Assembly: GCF_006345805.1 (NCBI RefSeq)
Contig: NW_021827476.1
Coordinates: 1-10,137 of the forward strand
Source: Octopus sinensis
Lineage: Eukaryota
Reading direction: 5' to 3'
DNA length: 10,137 nucleotides
Part shown: in pieces, positions 1 through 8,729 of the stretch
Position numbering within the stretch: the first letter of the stretch is position 1
Layout of the letters: every line of letters starts with the position of its first letter
Notes under the pieces: generated by a model
What the model saw: only the letters and a program-made list of their open reading frames with translations
The model's database searches: none
Told to the model about the DNA's origin: nothing
Program-made: the position numbers and the translations under genes

Positions 1-172
1 AAAAAAAGAAAAAGAAAAAGAAGAAAGAAAGAAAAAGAAGAAGAAGAAGAAGAAGAAGAAGAGAAAGAAAAAGAAGACGAAGAAGAAGAAGACGAAGAAG
101 AAGAAGAAAGAAAAAGAAGAAGAAGAAGAAAGAAAAAGAAGAAGAAAAAGAAGAAAGAAAAAGAAGAAGAAG
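1..172 (+). repeat. Purine-rich (AAG)n/(AAAAAG)n/(GAC) compound simple repeat
   Basis: Directly visible run of aag/aaaaag/gac units; continues off the window's left edge. Confidence 0.95.
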
Positions 173-607
173 CAGTAAGGGAGAAAAAAGTGGCGCTAGA
201 AGTTAATAGTTTCCTTCCGAGTTAATATTAGTCTTTACTAATCAACACCAAACAGGAAAGTGCTTCTTCAGTGGAACAAACGCCACTTGATTAGTGATGA
301 CTAAACGCTAACTCTGACTGCTAACCCTTAAATCTAACCTTAACCTAAATCTTCTTAGCCCAGTGCCATGCAAGGGAGTCACTACTAACATCGCCCTTCT
401 GCTCTTCGGTAGACATTTTCATAAGAAGGAGAGAACGAAAGAGTCTGCTTTTCGTAAATTTACCAAGAATATGGGAGACATAAGTGAAGCAAATATTTTG
501 GGAAAGGGTTCGCGATTCCAACCCCACTGAACATTGCCTCCAACACATCGTCGTCACTAGAGTGACCTTTTATCTTATGCTTGATTAATTCGTTAGGCTA
601 GGACCAT

Positions 608-876
608 GCTGCTAAGTCTTGAGGATGTAAACACACCAACATCGGTTTTCAAGCGGTGCTAGGAGGCAAACAGACACAGACACAATCAGTCATAAATACA
701 CACACACACACACATACGATGGGCTTCTTTCAGTTTCCGTCTGCCAAATTCACTCACAAGTCTTTGGTCGGCCCGAGGCTATAGCAGAAGACACTTGCCC
801 AAGGTGCCACGCTGTGAGACTGAACCTGGAACCATGCGGTTTGGAAACAAATTTCTTACCACACAGCCACACCTGC
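608..876 (-). mobile_element. tRNA-derived SINE with CORE-like segment and internal (GT)n, apparently 3'-truncated or decayed
   Basis: Minus strand reads gcaggTGTGGCTGTGTGGtaag (Pol III A-box-like, 859-869), then GGTTCAGTCTC (B-box-like, 816-826), then gcACCTTGGGCAAGTgtc (791-807, resembles the CORE motif GACCTTGGGCAAGT), then a body, (GT)n at about 697-715, and further body to about 608. Similar to octopus SINEs from memory; family name not verified. Confidence 0.8.
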
Positions 877-1421
877 AATTACGAAGCAGAAGTAAAGGTA
901 TGAGCGTTTCCTATATTCAAAGGTGCAGAATGTGTGTGGAAAGTTAACTGAATTCGAAACTGAATAATCTTCTTTCTGGTTCTGGATCTGTCCGTTGTTA
1001 AAACTCTCGACTCTCAAGCAGCAAAGTCCATTTTGTAGCTTTGAATAGGCAGAGACTCTGGTGAGTAATCAGATGACTGCGCAAACAGGGAGAGGATATG
1101 GTGAGATGGTGGAATGGGGAGAGTTTTGGAGAGGGCGCCGCTTCTGGCCCTTCACATTCTGACAGCAACGCTTCCTGCATGTTGGTGTTAAGCTCTGCCT
1201 GCATTCAAGTGATGACCTTTCTCTGGCGTGAAGAGGCTGGACAATTGTCAGGTGTCCTAAATAAAACGAAAGAAAAGGAAAAATTACCAAAGCCTAAGTT
1301 TACAGGTTTAGATGCAGAATCAAAATATGACTGACAGAGAGTCCTTATATAATAAAATATTTAAAAGGATTTATTTAGATGCCTTTCATGCGCGTGTTTC
1401 CATAATATATACTTAAAAATA

Positions 1422-1819
1422 GGCGGCGTGCTGGTAGAAACGTTAGCACGCCGAGCGAGATGCGTAGCCGTATTTCGTCTGCCGCTACGTTCTGAGTTCA
1501 AATTCCGCCGATGTCGATTTTGCTTTCATCCTTTTGGGGTCGATTAAATAAGTACCAGTTACGCACTGGAGTCGAGATAATCCACTTAATCCGTTTGTCT
1601 GTCCTTGTTTGTCCTCTCTGTGTTTATCCCCTTGTGGGTAGTAAAGAAATAGGTATTTCGTCTGCCGCTACGTTCTGAGTTCAAATTCCGCCAAGGTCGA
1701 CTTTGCCTTTCATCCTTTCGGAGTCGATAAATTAAGTACCAGCTGCGTTCTGTGATCGATGTAATCGACTGGCTCCCTAGCTCAAAATTTCGGGCCTTGT
1801 GTGCCTAGAGCAGAACAGG
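1422..1819 (+). mobile_element. tRNA-derived SINE, family 2, dimeric (head-body-tail1-body-tail2)
   Basis: Head ggcggcgtgctggtagaaacgttagc (A-box-like) and B-box GAGTTCAAATTCC at 1494-1506. Body ctttcatcctt..gggtcga..aagtaccag. The body repeats from 1653 (period 183 nt). Homologous to 2629-2919 and 3472-3604 in this window. Confidence 0.88.
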
Positions 1820-1970
1820 ATATATTCTTTAAAAAATGTTATACAAAAATAGACATTTAAAAGCTAAATATCTATCGTTCCATCGGCAATTGAAATCTAA
1901 ATAAATGTTCAAAATGAAGCAAATTATATCGTTCGTTGTTACAAGATGAAGAGAAATTTAGTGCCTAAAT

Positions 1971-2018
1971 CACGCACACAAACATACACACACACATACA
2001 CACGCACACACACACACA
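1971..2018 (+). repeat. (CA)n microsatellite, imperfect
   Basis: Directly visible. Confidence 0.9.
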
Positions 2019-2298
2019 TGCATGTATTAGCCCATAGGGTCAGTGAAATGTACACTCTGATATACACTTTAAGTAAATGGCTAGATAGCGTAACAGAGGT
2101 CAGATTGGCTACACAATGAAGGACAGTAAGTCTCTTACTGTCTCAACCACTGTATATCGAGAAATTAGAAGGGATTTGTGTTTTTTACAAATAATGCATT
2201 TTTCACATTTTCACGATGCACGAGGCTTTCAACTTCGAGTGGTGAGTTTTCGCTACGTACAACTACATTCTTACATGAGAGATAAATTTTGTGATGAC

Positions 2299-2366
2299 CA
2301 ACAAGCAACACAACCACACTCCGTCACCGCCACCACCAACAACAACAACGACAACAACCACAATAA
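2299..2366 (+). repeat. (CAA)n/(CAC)n imperfect trinucleotide repeat
   Basis: Directly visible; explains the poly-N/T stretch of ORF 2116..2451. Confidence 0.85.
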
Positions 2367-2542
2367 CTGCATCATTATATATCACTCCCACCAAGGAATC
2401 GTACAATATTATGATTCACTGCTAAAAGTTGTTAGTCTTCGTGACACATGACCTTTGCCTACAACTTAAATATTTTACTGCTTAAACGATCATGTGATGT
2501 GTCAGCTCTTTAGTTTTAGCGCCGATATTTTTCTCTAAACAT

Positions 2543-2600
2543 GCATACACAAACATACACACACACACACACATACACACACATACACACATACGTACAT
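2543..2600 (+). repeat. (CA)n/(CATA)n microsatellite
   Basis: Directly visible. Confidence 0.9.
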
Positions 2601-2628
2601 ATAAATATAAGCATAATATATATATTAA

Positions 2629-2919
2629 GGCGGCGAGCTGGCAGAAACGTTAGCGCGCCGGGCGAAATGCTTAGCGGTATTTCGTCTGTCGTTACGCCCC
2701 TCTGTGTTTAGCCCCTTGTGGGTAGTAAAGAAATAGGTATTTCGTATGGCTTTACGTTCTGAGTTCAAATTCCGCCGAGGTCGACTTTGTCTTTCATCCT
2801 TTCGGGGTCGATAAATAAAGTACAAGTTACGCACTGGGGTCAATCTAATCGACTTAATCCCTTTGTCTGTCCTTGTTTGTCCCCTCTATGTTTAGCCCCT
2901 TGTGGGCAGTAAAGAAATA
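2629..2919 (+). mobile_element. tRNA-derived SINE, family 2, dimeric with internal deletion in the first monomer
   Basis: Head ggcggcgagctggcagaaacgttagc. At 2696|2697 the sequence jumps from gtcgttacg directly to cccctctgtgtttagcc (tail1). A second monomer starts at 2737 with B-box gagttcaaattcc, body and tail1, ending aaagaaata. Confidence 0.88.
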
Positions 2920-2924
2920 TATTT

Positions 2925-3105
2925 GTATATATAAAGTGTATGTGCGTGCGTATGGCAGTGCCTGTTAGCGTCTGCTTGTGAGCGTGTACGTAGACACGTG
3001 CATACATATACATACAAACATACACTCACTTACGGACACATGTGCCCGTGTGTGCATGTGAACGAGTGTGTGAACGAGTGTGTGTGTGCGTATGTGTGTA
3101 TATGT
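2925..3105 (+). repeat. Degenerate (TG)/(CA) low-complexity tract
   Basis: Directly visible alternating purine-pyrimidine sequence. Confidence 0.75.
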
Positions 3106-3471
3106 GATTGGTTTACAACCATTTCTCGATAGAATAGACCGAGATGTACGGGTCTTCTCGACAAACCCCATATTACAAAGTATGGAGTAATACTCAAGAG
3201 ACATCATGCCTGTAAGAAGCGATAAATGGGAAGAACGGCTCCGCAAGCCACCAATATACTGCGTCATTTGATTCCGGTGCGGTAGAAGAATCTTTTCCAA
3301 AATCTTTTCCATGCGCATGATTCCATACGGACGAAGCTGAAAATCATTAAGACTGGGATATTACATGATTAGCCTGTATGTATTATAGATATAGGGTAAA
3401 AACGGGGATTACAATCCAAGCTGTATCCTCATGAAGCACCTGCGAATTCCGTTTATCAGTTGTAACTACAG

Positions 3472-3604
3472 TATTCCGTCGAGGTCGACTTCGCTTTCAT
3501 CCTTTCGGGGTCGATAAGTTAAGTACCAGTTGCGTACTGGTGACGATCTAATCGACTGGCCCCTCTCCCCAAAAAATTTTCGGGTCTTGCGCCTAGAGTA
3601 GAAA
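3472..3604 (+). mobile_element. 5'-truncated family-2 SINE (body + tail2) with 14-bp target-site duplication
   Basis: Homologous to 1685-1815. Flanked by the exact direct repeat AGTTGTAACTACAG at 3458-3471 and 3605-3618. Confidence 0.9.
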
Positions 3605-3661
3605 AGTTGTAACTACAGAATTTACAATTATACAATAAATTCCAGTATTACCCCAACACGC

Positions 3662-3697
3662 AGAGAGAGATAGGTATATATATATATAGAGAGAGAG

Positions 3698-3760
<63 letters not shown>

Positions 3761-3800
3761 AGGTATGTAGGTAGGTAGGTAGGTAGGTAGGTAGATAGAT

Positions 3801-3835
<35 letters not shown>

Positions 3836-3864
3836 GAGAGAGATGTACATACATACATGCATAC
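3662..3864 (+). repeat. Compound microsatellite (AG)n(TA)n(AG)n(TAGA)n(TAGG)n(CAGA)n(TACA)n
   Basis: Directly visible; source of the spurious ORFs at 3593-3862. Confidence 0.95.
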
Positions 3865-4452
3865 TTTTATAATGGTACAGAGGACGCTATTTTGAAATAA
3901 TACTGCTTATGTCGTTCTTAACGAACTAATGCGAACCGTTTTGCGCGCGCTAGCGTGCGTGTGCGTACGAGTGTGTGAGTACGTTTGTGTGTGTATTAGT
4001 GTTTGTATATGTGTATGTATGCACATATGTGCATGAGTGCTTAAACTTTCGTGGAATATCTTATCTTGAAATCTATTTGCCACAACAAAATCTATCTAAA
4101 TAAACACGAAAGTGACTAGAATGTACCTCAGTACACGTGGTACCTTCATCAAAGCAAAGGTCTTACCGAATAGGAGCTAAGGAAAAAAAATTAAATTAAT
4201 TTTGAAATTTGAGTTTCCTTTGTAACGAAGTCTTACAACTCAATCTTCTTGCAGCTAAAACAAGTGTTTCTTTTTCTTTAATATATAATTTCTGGCGTTA
4301 TTTGAATGCGTTTCATTTTCGCGTCTGTCACACGTATATTTTATATATTTTTATTATTGTTTCTCACAAGCGTCTGTTTATTTTAGTACTGAACTACGAC
4401 GTGAGGATTGCTTTAATCATTAATCGTTACTTTTGTAAGAAATACCGTAGAA

Positions 4453-4473
4453 CAGTGGTTCCCAACCCTTTTC
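4453..4473 (+). mobile_element. Possible left terminal inverted repeat of a hAT/Charlie-type DNA transposon remnant
   Basis: CAGTGGTTCCCAACCCTTTT matches the usual Charlie-type terminus CAGTGGTTCCCAACCTTTT. No convincing partner TIR, TSD or transposase found. Confidence 0.4.
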
Positions 4474-4554
4474 ACAGTGGGTTCCGACAATGATTCCCAA
4501 CTCTTCTATTTGAATCACTTTTCCCACGGACTGCTTTTAATATGCTATCCTTAT

Positions 4555-5219
<665 letters not shown>

Positions 5220-5413
5220 ACTCGTGAAGTAAAATCATGTAGCAACACCAAATGGCGTGCCCCAGCATGGCCACAGCTTGTGAGCTGAAACTAGATAAAT
5301 AAAAAAAATTTATTATTATTTTATTATTATTATATATATACAATATATATATATAAATATGTAGTATATATATATATGTATATATATGTGTATATATATA
5401 TTATATATATATG

Positions 5414-5460
<47 letters not shown>

Positions 5461-5654
5461 AATATGTATGTATATATATATATGTATATATATATTATTA
5501 TTATACATATATATATATTACATACATATTTATATATATATATATATATATTACATATATATATATACATATAATATATATATATATATTATATATATAT
5601 ATACATATATATATATACATATATATATATATACATACATATTTATATATATAT

Positions 5655-5704
<50 letters not shown>

Positions 5705-5782
5705 ATCTAGTTTCAGCTCACAAGCTGTGGCCATGCTGGGGCACCGCCATTTGGTGTTGCTACATGATTTTACTTCACGAGT
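5220..5782. repeat. 563-bp imperfect palindrome containing the LINE 3' end in both orientations
   Basis: 5220-5300 is the reverse complement of 5701-5782 (one 1-nt gap: ggcgtg vs ggcggtg). The A/(TTA)n tail and the interrupted AT tract are also mirrored around a centre at about 5489-5501. Confidence 0.9.
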
Positions 5783-8729
5783 GCTTTTTAGCAATTGCCA
5801 TTTGGTGCATGAGAGAGTTCGATGCAGCTGCCCTCATCTGCACCTCCTGCCGTGAAGTTGGTTCATCGGGGATACCTGACAAGAAGAGATCCTGTTTCAT
5901 TTTAATGACATCTGCGTCCACCCCATGCATGTCTCGTAGGTTCTTCGGGAGGATATTGAAGAGCTGTGGGCCTCGGGAGCCCAGGCTTTCACAGTATCTT
6001 GTCCTACATCTTGATGGCAAATTTGGAGTCCTTGGCACTATGCAGTGGCGCCCAGTTCTGCCATTTGTGTAACTCTCGATGCCAAAGTTTGGGACAAGTC
6101 CTTCTAGGATCTTCCAGATGTATATTATGGCATATCTTTCTCGCCTACGCTCTAAGGAATAGAGTCTCAATCTCTTGAGTCTTTCCCAATAGCTTATATG
6201 CTGCACAGAGGCTATCTTCTTCGTGTAGCTTCGTTGGATCGCCTCAAGTTCTGTGATTAACTTGACACTGGATGGTAACCATAGCTGAGAGCAATAGTCA
6301 AAGTGGCTTAGGACAAGTGTCCTCCAAAGGACCATCATGGTTTCCTGGTCTCTTGTTCTGAAGGTTCTAAGAATCCATCCGGTCAGCCGCCTACATTTCA
6401 TTGCCAATTTAGCAACATGCACATGAAAGGTTGCAACATCACTCATGTAAATACCCAGGTCTCGCACTGATTGTTCCTCTGGGATTGCAGTCCCTCCAGG
6501 TCCAGTGTATTTATTGGGTATTGCATTTAGTTTTGAGTGCTGATAGCATAGAGCTTAAAACTTTTCAGCATTGAACTGCATGCTATTCTTTTCAGCCCAC
6601 TTGTATATTTTGTCCAGCTCACATTGCAGGTGCTTAATGTCTTCAGGGTTCTGTATTGCCTGTGAAACTTTTGTATCATCTGCATAACTTGTGATAGTGG
6701 CTCTCTGCGTGGCTGAGGGCATGTCTGAGAGGGCCATTATGAACAGTACTGGTCCCAAAACAGTGCCCTGCGGAACACCGCTCACTGTTTGCGTGTTAAT
6801 GGAAGTGGCCCCATTGCTACTACCACCTGACTTCTATCCTTCAGAAAGTCATGAAGCCCTTCTCCCCCATTTTCCAACTATGCCAAGATCACGCAGTTTG
6901 TGACATAGCATTCCATGATCGACTTTATCAAAGGTCTTTGCAAAGTCGAGATATATGACTTCCACATTTGAGTGGTTGAGCAGTCGTTTCAGCACCCAGT
7001 CATAGTGTTGTAGGAGCTGAGTTAAGCAGCTTCTTCCTGATCGGAAACCATGTTGGGTGTCAGGCAGCAAGTCATTTTCTTCAAAGAAGGTGATTAGTTT
7101 CCTTCTGACTATTCGTTCCATGACCTTGCTGATGTGTGAGGTCAGAGAGATAGGTCTGTAGTTCTTGGCCTCCGCTCTGTTACCTCCTTTATGAAATAGG
7201 GCATATTTTACCTTCCTTCAGTTTTCTTGGAAGTTTGCCAGTTGCAAGAAGCTCTGAAAGAGGAACTGCAATGGTCTTGCTAGGACTCTCTTACATACTT
7301 TAGAAGATTGCTGGGAATCCATCTGGGCCAGTAGCTGAGTTTGTTTTCATTTCATCAATAGCCTTTATTACATCGTCTTCCTTTATATTGATGTAATCAA
7401 TCATCGCTGCCTCCGATTTTATATCTGCAGTGGTAAAGAAGTCAGTTGAATTGCTGACTTGAAAATTCCCTAGGGGTGGCGTGAAAATGCTCTTGAATTG
7501 CTCATTTAGTAATTCATTTACCCTCATTGGATTTCCTGTGAGTGTGCTATCCTTTTCAAGGAGTGGCTCTATCCTACAGTGCACCGTAGCTGTTTCTTTG
7601 GCATACCTGTAGAAAGATCTGGGGTTAGATTTTATGTTTTCTATAGCCCAGGCTTCTTTGTCTGCTCTTTCTTTTTCATGGGAGAGTTGCAGACATTTTT
7701 CAATTTCCAACAGTTTTATTTTCAGGCGGGACTTTTCACTGCTTTCAATTTGTTTGTTTAGGCGATTTGAAACTTTTGTACGCCGTCTCATTAGAATTTT
7801 CCTCTCTCTGGGGATTTTGCTCTTGTGTACAGTGGCCTTTCTCTCTGGGACACATTTGTAGCATATGGCTTGCATTACAGACATGAATTGTTGAAGTTTC
7901 ATGTCAATGTCTGGCGTGGAGAGACATTCAGGCCAGTTTTGTTTGAGGATCTCTTTCTCAATTTGTTTCCAGTTTTCCTTATGGAAGTTCAAGCTGGAAA
8001 GATTCTGAGAGTTTCTTGTAGGCAGCATGTCCATGCTTTCCTTTGGCCCGTACATGGTCAGCTCTACCATGTTGTGATCCGAGAGTAGTGTCGGTGTCAC
8101 TTTCACATTATGGATAAGATCCATATTATTTGTGAAGCAGAGATCCAGTATGTTACCTGCCCTGGTTGGTTGGAGTATTACTTGCTCTATGTACAGAGTG
8201 TTGATGAGGTTCAGGAGGGACCTCGCCTATCCTCGTTCACATCGTTTCATTCCTGGGAGAGAAAGGCCCTCGGGCCATCTGACATTGGGTAGATTGAAGT
8301 CTCCCATAAGAAGTACACTTATGTGTTGTTCTGTGACTAGAACTTCTTCTATTTTTATAAGGCAGTCTTCAAACTTGCCTACATGGCTTGGGGCATCTGG
8401 AGGGCGATATGTAGCACATATAACTACACCAAGTTGCCTTATATGTACAATTAGTGTGTTACACGCCGAATTTGAGTATGACAAAAGGACCTAGGTGTGA
8501 GGTCCTCACGGATGTACATAGCAACTCCTCCATGGCTCCTTTCTTTTCTGTCGGTCCGTAGTATAACATACTGTGGTATGTGTATTTCTGCATCTGCTAT
8601 GTCCGGTTTCAGGTGTGTTTCCGTAAGTGCTATGCATAAGGCTTGATTGCATGCAACAAAGTCTCTTAAGAACGGGATTTTTGTCCTGTTACTGAGTGTT
8701 AGCAGTCCTCTGATGTTCAGTAGGAGCAT
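5775..8729 (-). pseudogene. LINE ORF2: APE endonuclease + reverse transcriptase, about 985 aa after correction
   Basis: APE motifs: MLLLNIRGL, ALTETHL, GGVAMY, YRPP, MGDFNLP, LDLCF, SDH. RT motifs: GPDG, PIHKGG..NYRPISLTS, QHGFRSGRSC, YLDFAKTFDKVDH, GVPQGTVLGPVLF, YADD, RDLG. Lesions: -1 at about 8490; TAG 8227-8229; -2 at about 7300; -1 at about 7248; +1 at about 7195; +1 at about 6858; -1 at about 6814; TAA 6555-6557. The frame changes are consistent with the ORF track. Confidence 0.93.

Noticed and set aside
300-347. ctaaccc/ctaacct telomere-like units
   Set aside because: Only a few imperfect units; insufficient for an interstitial telomeric repeat call.
345-557. 70-aa minus-strand ORF
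   Set aside because: Short, with no recognisable motif in any frame.
1402-1840. Possible degenerate TSD of SINE copy 1 (atatatacttaaaaat vs atatattctttaaaaaat)
   Set aside because: AT-rich with several mismatches; could arise by chance.
2041-2152. CAGTG...CACTG ends enclosing a perfect 9-bp hairpin GACAGTAAG-TCT-CTTACTGTC (2122-2142); possible MITE or Helitron end
   Set aside because: The terminal match is only 5 bp, there is no TSD, and no CTRR terminus follows the hairpin.
3130-3415. Faint resemblance to mariner transposase C-terminal motifs (LLDKPH, WEE..PP, NGDY in mixed plus frames), and ORF 2965..3318
   Set aside because: The motifs are degenerate, spacings do not match, and no TIR was found. 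The ORF's C-terminus is microsatellite-derived.
3593-3862. Three overlapping minus-strand ORFs (LSIY/LSVC repeats)
   Set aside because: Translations of (TAGA)n/(CAGA)n/(TAGG)n repeats.
6555-7121. RT as a possible retron, DGR or group II intron enzyme
   Set aside because: It is fused to an APE endonuclease, preceded by an ORF1 and followed by an A/(TTA)n tail: a non-LTR retrotransposon.
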